A DNA stretch of 60,462 nucleotides, counting the filler, from Platydemus manokwari (Eukaryota): assembly GCA_037951405.1 (NCBI GenBank). It is 5 parts of 5 records of this genome, joined end to end, with 100 filler letters (N's around TTAATTAATTAA, not from the genome) between each part and the next. Parts side by side here need not be neighbours in the genome. Positions count along the whole stretch, not along the records: positions 1 to 9,024 come from JBBMOY011312983.1; positions 9,125 to 21,399 come from JBBMOY010216672.1; 3 more parts are not named here. One strand, given 5' to 3'. Positions 1 through 13,346 of the stretch are shown here, piece after piece. Every line of letters begins with the position of its first letter. Position 1 is the stretch's first letter. A model generated the notes under the pieces. It saw only the letters and a list, made by a program, of their open reading frames with translations, was not told the DNA's origin and did no database searches. Position numbers and translations under genes: made by a program.

Positions 1-49
1 TATATTTTCAATTAATTAGTTAGTTTACAAAATTAACTTTTGATTTTAC

Positions 50-720
50 TGAATTTCTCATTGTTTCGTATGTATTCCATCATTTTCAGCATATTCTTTA
101 TCATTGAAAAGAGATATAGCATCAATGTTTGCTCATAATAATATTTTTTATGTTTTTTCATCTATTAAACGAATTTGGTGATAATTTAAACGAATCAATT
201 CCGATATGGTCTCTATTTGATTTTGTCATATTTCTTTGAAATCCTACAATAATTTTTATAACTAATATTCTATGAATTTATTCCTTGATTAATATAGGAA
301 TTGGCTTAGTTCCTCATACAACACACTTATATTTGTTTTCCTTGATCAATAATGATTTTTCTATAAAATTATTATTTTTCTTATATTTACATATAAAGGA
401 AATTTGTTTATCATGAATCTCAACCCCATATTCAACCAAAATTTCATGGATAATAATTTTATTGATTTTTAAGTTCCCATTATACACCTGTAAATATATC
501 TGCTCTTTCTTAATTTAATTCTCCACGAATCTTCATTCAATGCTCTTATATGATAATGATAAATGTATAAAAATAGAATTTTGATCTAACTATTTTTAAT
601 GAGTTTCTTTAAAAGTATCTTCTAGTGTTTTTATTCCATTTTGGATAATCACTGTTAATTGATTTCCTTCAATTTGATCTAATATTGCACAATTTTCAAA
701 TGCATCATTAGTTATTTTAT
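50..720 (-). mobile_element. Decayed A32/FtsK-HerA-type packaging ATPase remnant (Polinton/Maverick-like)
   Basis: Manual minus-strand translation, with stops and frameshifts, gives in order: LTVIIQNGIKT (eroded Walker A region), NISVLYEEL (Walker B-like) and MTKSNRDHIGIDSFKLSPNSFNR*KNIKNII..NIDAISLFN. The last resembles the conserved Polinton ATPase segment TK.xRH.xIS...xSQN.F....xI..N...xLF. Matched by eye only. Confidence 0.45.
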
Positions 721-769
721 TATTGAAATTAACAACTCAACCACTTCTTCATTTTTAATAATTCTAAAA

Positions 770-1320
770 GCATAGACAATTACTTCTTCTTTTTCAATGT
801 TATTTAACTGCCTTAGAACTGCACCAATCACTTCAACATTAGAGTCAGCATCTGAAATAATTTCTTTGTTTGGATCAGGAAAGGCCAAATTGAAGCCTTA
901 CATTATCGTTCCTTTCGATTTACAAACTTTCCTCAGACTTTGTAGTTCACTTCAATTTTTTGTATGCTTGTCATTTCAGATCATCTGTTCATATAACGGA
1001 GCCGTAATTAATGCGTCGTCTTTGATAAATAGTCTGTAATAATCCTCGGAACGACCTTAACAGGGTTATTCAACCTGGTTTAATGGCTTCCTTAATCTTC
1101 TTTATCTTGACAACCCATGAAATTCAAATTTTTGTGTTGCTAAAAATACATTTTTCGGGATTGGTTTTCAAATCTGATGATTTAATCAATCTGAAAACCT
1201 TGTCGAGTTTCTCATTGTGTTCCTCTGCTGTTCTTCCATACAATAAAATATTCCCCGAATAAACAAAACGCCATTTTAGATCAAAACCATGAATTTTGCA
1301 TTGATTAGGCTCTGAAGTGT
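770..1320 (-). mobile_element. Decayed Ty3/Gypsy pol fragment (RT C-terminal half + RNase H)
   Basis: Minus strand reads FVYSGNILLYGRTAEEHNEKLDKVFRLIKSSDLKTNPEKCIF (eroded YxDD region through K.NPEKC.F), then LAFPDPNKEIISDADSNVEVIGAVLRQ...EEVIVY (RNase H DAS...GAVLxQ). It is homologous to the element at 16990-17520. The + strand ORF 797-1039 is its antisense shadow. Confidence 0.8.
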
Positions 1321-1499
1321 GGTATATAGAAATGCTTAAATAGAGATCGAAAAGTATTTATCCTTAATATTTTAAATACTCATTCTTTTAATTGGGAATT
1401 TACTATAGGAATATCTAACAATTATTGATATTTACTTTAACTGATTCCAATAATAACAATATTTATAAATTCTCAATTAGACTATATTAATTTTATCCC

Positions 1500-2860
1500 T
1501 TCTCCATTTTTTACATAAATTCTGAACCTTTTTGAAAATCATCTAAAGAATAATCATAATTATTAATTAGATCCGCAAAATGTCTCCTTTTTTTTAATTG
1601 ACTGTGTTTTGGATTTTGAATGAGCTGCTAAATTTCGCCATATTCATTACCGAATCCACAAATTAAATGTATCTCTGTTTTATAAGTTATCTTTATATAT
1701 GGATTTTTATATTATATTAAATTCATATTTTAAATTCTACAGGACTTGCGAATATTTTCCTTTCAACTACTAATGTTTCTCTTTGGATTCTTCACTTAAT
1801 TTATTTTGAAAATTAATATTATTATTCTTCGTGTTTTAAATTCCTTTTCTAAGACCATCCTCATTTAATATATTATCTTCGAATGCTTACAATTGAAATA
1901 AATATAATGTATCGAATTCGATGCTTAATTGATTCTCGATAAAATTTATTTTTCTCATTACTAAAACCTTCTTTAGTAACCAAATTTATAACTGCTAGTA
2001 ATCTTGCTACAACTCCAGAATATAAAGTAATCACGGGGAAAATTCTTTCCCTAAAAGAAATGATAAGAGAGTTGTAACAATGAATTGTAATCCGTTACCA
2101 TTTTCTCATTTGTGAAATTTTTAATTCTAAACCGATTTATATTTATTTTTAATTGATAGATTTCATGTTGAAAGTTGTATGATCACGAAACTTCATACAT
2201 TTTTCTAGTTTTCCTCCTAAAAAACATCTCTTACTTATTATTTAATTATAATTTCAATCTGGAAAATTCGCCTCCTCTATTATTTCATGGAAATTAGTTG
2301 AGTTATTAATTTTCAAATGCTGGATAATTCTCTTTAAAAAAATTTTTTATATATTAATTGACTTTCACAGAAAACGTTTTATTAAATAATATTATAAATA
2401 GTATTATAAATTTATAAATTCCAGTAGTTAAATCTTTGTTGATTTATAAGAAAACAAATCTTCAATAAATAAATTATTTACATAATTACGTTTTTCTTCT
2501 TAAGCTTATCATTATTTAAATAATTATTTTTAATAGGAATAAAGGAAAAATGTAATTAAATTTATTAATAACTAATCTTGGTTTTAAGGGGTTTTTTCGC
2601 AAAAATTTCTCATATAACGATGAACACATTTATATAAACATATAGATTCTTTTCCTTCGTTATTATTATAAATTTATTGGATTACGAATAGAAAAATAAG
2701 TTATTTATAATTTTCAATTTCATCTTTATTCAATGCACAGTGTTCTTTTTTAGATATATTCCATTAAATTCAACTGCAAATGTAAGAATTTACAAGTGCA
2801 TCAATTTTTATTTGGTTTAGCATTACTATAGTCCCAAAATCCAATGCCAATTTAAATTTT
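1500..2860 (-). mobile_element. Decayed protein-primed family B DNA polymerase remnant (Polinton/Maverick-like)
   Basis: Colinear eroded motifs on the minus strand: ALDFGT (~2840, ExoI DFET-like), SY..NKDL (~2445, ExoIII-like), FLGGKLE (~2215, YxGG pre-motif A), VTDYNSL(Y)...FP (~2090, motif A DxNSLYP) and KEKH**LKGKYSQ (~1765, same spacing as motif B KxxxNSxYGKFxQ). Motif C (DTDS) was not clearly found. Confidence 0.5.
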
Positions 2861-3833
2861 TTAAATCAAAATATAAGTCAACATATTTCAAACAATTACT
2901 ATGGACCTTGTCATTGAAAATTATATCTTTTAGATTTCTGACGATGATGTAACCTTGTCGACATCACTTCCGATGCTACATCCAACAAACAAAAACAAAT
3001 CTCAAAATATTCTTATAAACTTCACTTAACTAGTTTAATTCCATTTGTGATCTTGTATATAATTTTAGTTTAGTTGAAACGAATCATTATTACTGAATTA
3101 TGATGATAATATTAACTATTAAAATGTGATGGAGAATGAAATATTCTCTCAGTTTCCAGATTATAATAATTAGGATAATAAACAAAATAATAACTCGACT
3201 AATAATTAGCCCAATAATTACACCATCAATAAAATAAAGTTGAATTTTTTTGGAATTAAATATAATTATGTATATGTGTCTGTGTGTGCGCGTGTATATT
3301 TGTTTGATAACTATTTGGTAAAATGAAAATCAAAATAAATTCCAAATAGTATTAAAATGTTCAAAAGGTGGAACAAATAATAATAAAGGATTAGTAATTA
3401 ATTGTCGAAATATATACACATAGATCCCAGTTTCCTTCTAATAACCCACGATATTTAATAAAAAAAATTTTAAAAGATTTTATAATTTAGTGTTTTATTA
3501 TATATAAATTTTCTATTAAAAAAATCTCGGTTATTTATTTATATAAATATCTCATTTATTCCGATATTATTTAAAATGGGTACTTTTACAAGTGAATAAG
3601 TAAGAGAGGATGAGAGGATTTTGAAAGAATTTAGAGTTTATCAAACAGTATTTGAATATCAGGATTATCTATTTCATTGAAGCATGATTCTATCAAATTC
3701 GTTGCATGTTCATTTCATACTTTCATTTAGAAGTTGGTAGATTTAAAGCTTTTACTCATTTCACTCAGGGACATTTAAAGGAATAATTTTAATAATAATT
3801 TAATTAAAAAATTTAAATAAATCATTTTAATTA

Positions 3834-3836
<3 letters not shown>

Positions 3837-3876
<40 letters not shown>
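3837..3876. repeat. (TA)n(TG)n microsatellite
   Basis: About 15 TA units followed by about 5 TG units. This explains the YIYIYI tail of spurious ORF 3831-4043. Confidence 0.95.
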
Positions 3877-3877
<1 letters not shown>

Positions 3878-4119
3878 TTTGAATTTTCTGGCATATCCGA
3901 GTTCTGAAATTGATTATTAACAATTGTTTCGTATTTAATATCATTATCAATATATTCCGGACATTGTAATATCCATTCAATCTAAATGAGCAGAATTTTA
4001 AGTGCCAATGATAATTTTCAAAAAATATTTCTTTAATGTTCAAAATTTAATGAATTTTTTAAACTTGTTTATCAATGAAATTTGTTTTAACTCACTTAAA
4101 AATAATAATTACCATTCAG

Positions 4120-6580
4120 TGTATCGAACAGCTGCACTACAGTGATCTATTAAATTCCTCTCTTGCAGAGACATCATCTGTTTCAATGCCGCAATCGATC
4201 AGGTGAGCCGCATCAGTTGATCAAGAGTAATTTGAATTGCTTCAGTTTTATGTTTTTCTTTTGTTAATTTTGTGAAATTGTTGTGTGAATATTTCTACCT
4301 TATCGAATTTCATCAGGATTTCTGGCATTCCACTTCATCGATTTCTTTACAAGGAATTATTAAATTTTCTTTGCGAAATATTTTGGGTATTTTCTATTTA
4401 GATCGGATCCAAAATTATATCGAGATGATGTGGACATTCAATTTAGTCGACGACTTAATTCTTGTAAAGTTCCACAAGTTAGTATTTGAAATTTATTGTT
4501 GAAAATTTAATAAAATATTTATAATTATCAATATAATATTCTGAATATTTAATTATATAATTATTTTTTAAATAAGCTCAGAAAATATAATATATAATAT
4601 CTGAAATATAATCTCTCCCATATTTATTGCTCTAGTCCAGGGGTCTCCAAACTTTTTCAGCAAAGGGCCACATTGCTGATTTTTTAAAATTTGGAGGGCC
4701 AAAACTATGATAGGCTTACAAAAAACTCAAATTAGCCAAAATATTTTTCATTAATTATCCTGTTATTTTCAAAAAGTTGTAATATCTTACATCGAAAGTA
4801 AATGTTTTAAATGCCATAAAGATATGATGTGTTTCATAGTAAGCTTGGCGGTCCGTACTTTGGAGACCCCTGCTCTAGTCAATAGGTGAATTATTATTCA
4901 GTGGAAAAACATCTTCAATGATAGACTGATTGATCATAACATTTTACGCTCTAGATTCGCCATGCTTCACTTGAACGACTCATGGATCGACTAACAGACT
5001 TGAGGTTTTTGAGCATTGATTTCCTTAACACATTTCTTTTGACATATCGAGTTTTTACGAATGGCATCACGTTGGTCAATGCTCTTAGACGAATTCTCAA
5101 TAATCCAGAATGTGGAAATTTAGAAGCCAGACCAAGTTTTTCATCATTCAAGTAGGAAAATTTCAATTTTGAATTTTTACATGTGTGATTCTATTGAATG
5201 CAATTGATTTATCAATAATATGATACAAAATTAACAACGCTTATGGGTATGGATTCATTCATTATAGTTATTGGATTCAGTATAATTTCGTCAATCATCA
5301 TATTTTTTACCACAAAAAACATTTGTTTTTTTCTCTTAAATATCTTGACCTCAAAATTCGTCGGAGTTTTATAGATATTTTATTGTATTTCAAGTTTTAC
5401 AATTGCGTTTTTCATCCAGCTGTACATTTAAACACTAAAAACAGAAATCCTTTACAATAGTTCAAGTGAACCGTGTTGATGAGACTAAGATTTGTGTCTC
5501 CATATTTATTCAACTTTTGGAGAGCTAGTCGAGTAACATACTGTCCGACGTTTTCGAGAATGATATCAACCATCAGCTTTTAATGTTTTAAAATTGAAAG
5601 TTTTAAATGTTTCTTGTTGATTTTATATCTTGGATTTCTCTGATAACCTCTGACGGATATATTGAGAGTTTATCAGCTGATATTTCTATTTCTCAACAGC
5701 TAGATCCATATTCAATCTGTCTCAGATTCGTTCGACAAATAAATGATTGATATTATAAATTGATTATGTTACACCTTGAATACAATTTGTGTTTTCATCA
5801 AATCAACATTACTTGAGATTGCCATTCAAGAATGCGTGGGCATTTCAAGTACATGTATTTATAATTAAATGTATAGATATCTTCTACAGACATTCATAGC
5901 AATTATGTGTAGATATTGATTAAAGCTAGTAGTGCTGAGAGATATTTGAAAAATTACAATTTATCAACACTGAAAATTGTCAATGTTACTGATCCTTTTT
6001 ATCTACTACTTTAATAAGATTCTTATTGAAAATTGAGAACATACATAATCAGTTGTGTACAGAATCTTTTCAAAAGAATGTAAATTTAAAAAATTCAATC
6101 AAATCTTATGCAGTTTAACTGGAAAATTAATAAAAATTTAAAAACTTATTTTGAGATTGTAAATTTCTTGTGATTCTTGGAAAGTTTCAATTACTCAATT
6201 TCTTGAGATCATGTATTTTTTTCAGTTCACTGGAATCTGAAGGCGTGTTTTCAAGCAATGCGGTGGTGTCGCCGAGAGCCGAAACGAATAATTTACTGAT
6301 CAAACCACAGTTGGAGAAAACTCGGCGTATTAGTACGGGCATGATGAAAATGGAAGTTACAGGTACAGATGTAGACGGTTCAGATGAACATACCAAAAAG
6401 TCTGAATCCGGTGTATATGATTCAGATGAAAAACGATCAATCTTATCTGCTGAAGCCCCAGATTCCGCTCTTTGTTCTAAATCAGTACCCCCTTCACGGC
6501 GAACTGGGAGTCTTGATTATCCAACTATATCTGCAAGAACTTCAAAATTTCCAATAATGAAAGAAGAAGTCACTACCCAG
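4120..6580 (+). CDS. Two internal exons of an unidentified Ser-rich, probably disordered protein (partial gene)
   Basis: Exon 4120-4202 (cag|...AG|gtgag; [27 protein letters not shown]) joins in phase 2 to exon 6226-6580 (tttcag|...CAG|gtatt; [11 protein letters not shown]...RRISTG...RRTGSLDYP...EVTTQ). Both are higher in GC than their flanks. No recognisable domain; other exons unresolved. Confidence 0.55.
4638..4872. mobile_element. hAT (Charlie/Buster-type) MITE, 235 bp
   Basis: Perfect 14-bp TIRs CAGGGGTCTCCAAA ... TTTGGAGACCCCTG, flanked by a perfect 8-bp TSD CTCTAGTC (4630-4637 and 4873-4880) that resembles the nTCTAGAn Charlie target preference. Confidence 0.95.
4890..5870 (-). mobile_element. 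Decayed Ty1/Copia RT-RNase H remnant
   Basis: Colinear minus-strand matches: [15 protein letters not shown] (Copia DVKTAFLNG.L), LMVDIIL (YVDD), PISVVNFVS (DIxYAV), [10 protein letters not shown] (RYLxGT..GL), [12 protein letters not shown] (KKQxSVAxSTxEAE) and CYDQSV (CDNQSA). ORF 4951-5166 is a piece of it. Confidence 0.6.
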
Positions 6581-6887
6581 GTATTAAATTGTTCCAATTA
6601 TTAAATATTGTCACATGCTGATGATTGAAGATAAAATCAAGTAAATTCGAAAAGATAAAAATATCAGAAAAATCAAGAAGATTTCGAAAAAATTTTCAAA
6701 TCTAAAGAATTAAGAAAATAAAATGAGTTTAAGAAAATAAAAATTCTAAAAAAATTTAAAAATTAAAAACCTTGATAAATCAAAAATTGAAATTGTGGTC
6801 TATATATGCGTGTGTGTATTTGTTTAAATCCGAACATATTTGTAGATACTTTCTAATAAATAAATATTTATATTTTTTCAATATTAC

Positions 6888-7175
6888 ATGGCTTCAAGAG
6901 CAGGATCTAGAAATAGCGCTATTATTTTTAATGAACCATTTATTTTTATTAGTGAAGATGTGGAAAAATTTCTTTAATTAGTTTACGAATACACCGAAGC
7001 AATGCAAATTCTTGAAAATTTAAAAAGCAATTTTTTATTAAATCAACTCTGGTGTAAAGTCTGAAATGAAATTCGATTTAAATTACACAGACGATTTATC
7101 TTCAATTAAGAACATTCTTGTTGATATGTACAAGAAGAAAAAGTTGGCGTCTACGGAATTAAGGCATCTTGGATG
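6888..7175 (+). mobile_element. Decayed LTR-retrotransposon gag-like N-terminal fragment between ~50-bp imperfect direct repeats
   Basis: Reads MASRAG...NEPFIFISEDVEKFL*LVYEYTEAM...FLLNQL...IKNILVDMY, with internal stops. It is flanked by near-identical ~50-bp segments at ~6832-6883 and ~7202-7252 (GAA(C/T)ATATTTGTAGATACTTT..AATAAATAAATATT). Confidence 0.4.
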
Positions 7176-9024
7176 TTTCCTATTTCTGGTATACATATTT
7201 CGAATATATTTGTAGATACTTTTGAATAAATAAATATTAATATTATTTCAATCTCAGAAAAGTTTGAAAAATCAGAAAAAATAAACGATTAAGGATATCG
7301 AAAGACTTAAAATCGAAAATAAAAATGTTTTCAGGGAAAAGAAGATTAAAACGCCTAATAGGGTTATGGAAATTGTAAACTTTTGAAACTTAGTGAAATA
7401 AAAAAGTTAAAAAGCAAATAATTTAAAAGATAAAAATTGAAAAGCCTAAAAAATTTTTAAATAATTGGATAAATACATTCCAATATTAGATTTACTTCTG
7501 ATTTGATTATATACATGACTACAGGTATGATAGGTTAAGATTTCGTAATTAAAAAGGAAAGATTCGACAAAAAGGAAAAACAAAGCCAGTCATTCTATAA
7601 TCGAATGTCTCGAAATTTATGACGCCTAGGATTGTCATTGAAGCGTTTTGAACACCGATTTCCAACGATCTGTTCGAAATGGAAAACTGTAACGAGCTTA
7701 ATTGAAATATAAAGTGAAAATGAAAAATATAATATTTACAAAAACATTACCCGGTTTGATCCAAATAACTCAGTTGTGTTTTAATTGCGATTGATCAAGG
7801 AATTATTTCACTTACCAAATTTTCCTATATGTTTATCCAAATGTCTGATGGAATTCGAATATTTATTTTTCGAGTCGTAGTTAAAATAAATTTCACTCTG
7901 ATCAATTTACATTGCTAATAATCCAAAAACTTTCACGAAATCTAAAGTGAATAAATTCGTTAATTAATTTCCTAGCAATTAAAGGACTTCAGGTAATTAT
8001 AGAAAATTAATTTATCGACTGTTTGCTTGTCTATTTGCAGAAGTTTTTTTAAAATTATATTTTGGTTTATGTTTTTCATAAAGATTACAAATAGTCATTT
8101 CATTTAAATGGCAACATTGCTTGAAGATCTTTTTGCTTCAAAGACTGATAATAATTTGGTTTTTAGTTTAACGAGGATTCATTTTCGTAAGAATTTATTT
8201 TAATTATTCTTGATCTCCTGGAATATTCATTTCATTTTATAAATTCTACGCACGTCGAACTTGCATCGTGCTAGAGTTATTATTGATTGCCTTTACATTT
8301 TCTTTTTAAACCAGGTTATTCAGCTACTGATCCTGATCATATTGGAGCTGCACTCAAAAGTGAAGACGAACATTAAATTTGTTTGTTTCATTCAGCTAAT
8401 GTCTGATAGATAGATAGATTTATTTCAGCAGTGATAAGCAGTCGCCCAATGATTGATAGATGCAGTTCAATTTCTTTTATTATTTTCTACTACGTTTTGC
8501 TTCATATGAGTTTTTGACAGAAAAAGTATACTTGAAAATAAATTAATATAATAATAAATGAGCAATTCCAATGATACGATATGATTCATACTATGGGATT
8601 CTGTTTTATGGATAATTTAGTGAAATCTTAGAATTGAAAGATCTATCAATTATGCTCTCCAAACTTTGATTCAAATATTCAGCTCATATTATATGAATTT
8701 TTTCTTAATCTTGAATATCAAATTCATTTATAATGATCATCAATTCTGAGCAATAGGTTGTTGTCATAATAAATGGAATCCCACATCTTTACCTTTCATT
8801 GATCTTTTTATATTCATCAAATTTATAAATATCCCTAACATGTTTAGAATTTTAGAGTTTTAGAAAGTATCTTTATTAAGTTATTGTTTCAAAACCGTCA
8901 TTTATCGAAACATGATATTCCAATAAATTACCATTTTAAGCATTTAATAATACCAGGTTGAGTCAAAAGTTATTCATGTTTTTATGCAGGTATTTTATTA
9001 ACACAAATTGTTATAACGCTGAAC

Positions 9025-9124
9025 NNNNNNNNNNNNNNNNNNNNNNNNNNNNNNNNNNNNNNNNNNNNTTAATTAATTAANNNNNNNNNNNNNNNNNNNN
9101 NNNNNNNNNNNNNNNNNNNNNNNN
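9025..9124. other. Artificial assembly spacer (44N + TTAATTAATTAA + 44N)
   Basis: 100-bp gap containing a palindromic 12-mer with stop codons in all six frames; identical to the other three gaps. Confidence 0.98.
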
Positions 9125-11429
9125 AAGTTCATCAATGAGAATATTAAACATTACGAATAACTAATAATTTATCAAATGTTCCGCCAATAACGAGATTAAT
9201 AAATAATCGACGAAACATTAAAAGTGGATTATCAATATGTGCTGAGAAATATGAAATAAATTATTATTTTAGTATTACATCATCAAACAAAATAATATAT
9301 AATTAAAATCTAATATCAGCCTTTAGAGGCAGGTGATAATCGCTGTGTCATTAATAAATCATTCAAAAAAGCCTGCGCTGAATTTCAAGAATTAATATAT
9401 CAAGAATGTCCAAAATGTGTCATTTCTTGATAAATGAGTAAGGACGATTTTTGAAATTTCTTTGGTAGTATGTTCACCCTAGCGTAACCTTAGCGATAGA
9501 CATTGAATCGTATAGCACGACCAGTAGTACTATTATAACAATATATGCTCTGAATAAGTATGTAACAACAAAAAGGGGTTCGCTGTTCTCCTGCAAGCTC
9601 TTTGGTAATCTATTGTACTCTCCGAAAGCTGACGACATTTTATGCTCCCCAACTTTAGACAAGAAGGCGATGGATTTTATGTAGCCGAAAAATTGATTTG
9701 TGCTAAAGCTGCAACGAAGAAATTTATGTCACATTGCTATTCCTTCATCTTTCAGGCAAAATCACATAACCAACTCTAATCGATTTATTTAAATTTAAAT
9801 CTTGAACATTCCGGTCTTGTTAATGATTTACCTTAGAAAATTCGCCTAAGAAAGATCTATCTAGAAAATTTTAACTTTGATCTTTAAATATTTTCTTACT
9901 GATAAAAACGAAAAAATGTTTGCTAACCTCTATAGAACCTGTGCTTATGGAACAAGATTTTACAATTATTTTCCACTCAAACTTATAAAAGGTGTCTGGC
10001 CTTTGTGTACTATTCTCAAATAAAAATTATATTTTAAACATAACCTATTTAGCATTTTAAATTTAAAAAGATTAAGTGATAGAACTGCGATAGAAACTGA
10101 GCAGTATCAGGTTTTATCCCGGACATCAGATAGTTCATCTCTTTTCTTCTCACCCACTGATTGAGTCTGGGCATTGACATTATTCGATTTAATCATTCGT
10201 TCTCTCGAAACCGTACTCAATGGTTTTGCAGCCGTCCCTTGAATCTGCTTCAAGACAATACAAGATACAGCGCCGATTTCTGTACGAAATTATTACTGTT
10301 ACAAACAGCTCATTTATCAACAGTAACTGTGATAATCAGAGCACAACTTGAATAATCATTCTTAACATTTTGATTATCATTATTAATGATATTGTTTATT
10401 ATTTGTGTTTATTGTTTATTTTATTGTGTCTAATTTTAGATATATTTCCAGTAACAATATTTTGTAACTCAATAATCGCGTTCGTTTTATTATCATTCTT
10501 CAAATATATTATCATAATTACTTAAATGACAATTTTTTCAAAAATTTAAGTTCTGATTTTCATTAAAATAAAGCAATTAATAGTTATCGTTGAACGATTT
10601 CGAGTAATTTATAATGAAATACTTGAGATGATTAAGTTAATGCAATGAGCTTAAATCAAGATTATTATCGCACTTATTAAATTTAGTAAAGATTCCGTGT
10701 TAATTGCTCGAAAAATCTTTAAAAATAAACATGAAAATTCAATGTAAATCGGAATAATTGTTTAACAAATAGGGCTTATCGAAATGCACTGAGTTTTAAA
10801 AAATTCTCAAGTAAACTCAAATATTTAGAAAACTATAAAAAAACGAAAAAAACGACACAATTTCGTTTATTTCTAAAATTCATGTCATTCAGTTTATTAT
10901 GAAACTTTTTAGCTATCTCCTCGATGTAGTATGTTGATTGTATCTCCGTAGTAGAAAAAGTCACTCAAATTACAAGCTTAAATAAAGGCTTTCATTTCTA
11001 CCATAGCATAACCGATATAGTATTTTAACTTTAGAACAACCTCAGGTTAAGAAATGGAACTGTTTGAGGAACTGAGTCATACCAGATTTAATATTATTTT
11101 ATCATCAATATTTTTATACTACCAAGTGCTTATTCACAAATTAACCTGGAATATTTTGATAAATTTATCGAAATAAATCAAGAAAACCCCTGATAATCAA
11201 GTCGTTGTGAATTTCTTCGTATAATCAAAACGAAAGTCGATGAGATAATGTCGAGAAAACCTTACCAAAAATTAGATGTGTGTTTTGCGATCAGTATAGG
11301 CGTGAATTATAGAGAATAATAATCGTAAATGACAGTTGATAAGTAACCCAATCTTGTATGACAACGCCATGACATGTGCTTGTCTTAAATGAAGATTCAT
11401 ATCAGTATAAGCAAAAGTAAGTATAAATA

Positions 11430-11430
<1 letters not shown>

Positions 11431-11483
<53 letters not shown>
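11431..11483. repeat. (ATT)n microsatellite
   Basis: About 17 perfect ATT units. Confidence 0.95.
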
Positions 11484-13346
11484 CGTTATAATTTTCATTA
11501 TGTAAGTCAACTTCAATTCAAGTCAATTCATTTGATTGATGACGTAACAAGTTTATTCGACTGACATTATTATAACAAGCAATTTACCGATAAACCTAAT
11601 TCGTTTAAATTATACTTTTAGCTTTATCTCATCTCATTAGCGTCCATTTTCATACTTTGAACATAATAATTGTTATACGTTAATAAATACAAAATTCATT
11701 ACATGAAATCAAATCTGATAAATTTAATTATATCTCATTTCCTAGGAATTTCTTTCGTAATGATAGATATGTCTTTTTTTACTTCAAAACTGAGAATAAT
11801 TGATATATTTCCTCACTGAATACAACTACAGCTTTCTAATAACAAATGCTAATTTGTGTGCTCATATATAGCATGTGCGATGAGGAGAATGCGTCAATCA
11901 AATTCATCACGAGTTTAAAATTTTCTGAAGAACAACAATGTCTGTAAATCAATATTTCATAAATATTCTGAAGACATGTGTTAGCGTTTCTACAACATTA
12001 ACTAACGATCAAGAGGTACTATGGTAGTGTTATTGGAATTCATCTGCGAACTAATCATGAAGAAATTGGCTTAAAAATCTTTTCTGCTACATTTTATAAT
12101 TATGTAGGGTGTCTTATAAATTGCCATGACATCAACAAGATTAAATATTCTTGATGCACGTGAAAGATACAATGAAATCGATGATTTTTAGCATTCAAAG
12201 AATCCAGAAAAGTCGAGTGACCTCAAAACACAAGTTAGTTTAATTCGATAAATCAATACGATCTATTTCAAATCTTTAAAATATCTGATAGTTCAATGGA
12301 ATAATAGTTCGAGATCAATTAACACACGTGGCATTATTAATCGAATAACGATTGTGAAGTCTGGTAAAGTAAAATTAAAATTTTAAAGGCGTGCAGCTAA
12401 TCCATTCAAAATAATTCAATTCAGCAAACTGAAGAATCGATATACCAGTCTATTAAAGTTGACCTCAATACAATCAGCTAGTTCATAGCACATTAAATAA
12501 CACAGAATAATCCAGTGATTTTAAACCTTCATGTAGTATGGAACCAGTTGCAAGCAACTCAGCACCACTCATCTTATTCATAAAATTATATGTGAAAAAT
12601 ATTAGCAAAAATATTGAAATTCTCGACTTCTACTTCATTTTCTTTCCTATTATCGGTACATCTTAGGGGAAACGATATTATCGTTTAGATAAACTGTTAA
12701 TAGTGTAGTCTCTTGCTCTTCCGTGGTACCCGCAGTCTACACTCACCGATTCCCTCTAGTTTTTTTTGTAATTTATGTAGAAAACCACTGGTATAATTTT
12801 CACTTAAGCACTTTCAGATGAATTTTAAGCATAAGCTTGGGTTTCTCTAAATCAATACCATTTTAAATTAGTGTTTGTCAATATAATCAATATAATCGAT
12901 ACCTGATAATCAACTTTTAGCTGTTATTAATAATCTTTTATAAAATTAATTAAATCATTGAGTAACGCCATTAAAATATCGATAAAATCAATGTGTAAGA
13001 TGATGTGTATTTCAAGAATATTTCTCAACTCTCTTCAAGATCGAAATCAAAAAACATCACAATTTTACAAAATCAGACCAGATAATTTAAACAAAAAACC
13101 AACTATAAATCATTTGACAAGCTATTCCAGTGCGAAAAATCGTATTCCAATCTCGTTGCTGTGAAATGATATAAAATCGACTCAAATGATTTGGGCCAAA
13201 TTTTCCATCAATCAATTTCCGCTGGCATTATTATTTGTTTTGAAAATATTCGCGAGAAACACGATACATAGAGAGAGAGGAGAGAGAGTATCTTGTTGTT
13301 TAGTGTAAATTTAATACAGCAATCTTTGGGAGATTTAAATCGGAAT

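Noticed and set aside
8315-8410. Possible terminal exon of the 4120-6580 gene
   Set aside because: The more protein-like frame (GYSATDPDHIGAALKSEDEH*) is out of phase with the 6580 donor; cannot be assigned.
9069-9080. Recurrent TTAATTAATTAA as a biological repeat
   Set aside because: Always centred in exactly 44+44 Ns; it is a synthetic linker.
9180-9430. QPLE...INKSFK as a pogo-type DDE transposase remnant
   Set aside because: A single weak motif; not enough support to list.
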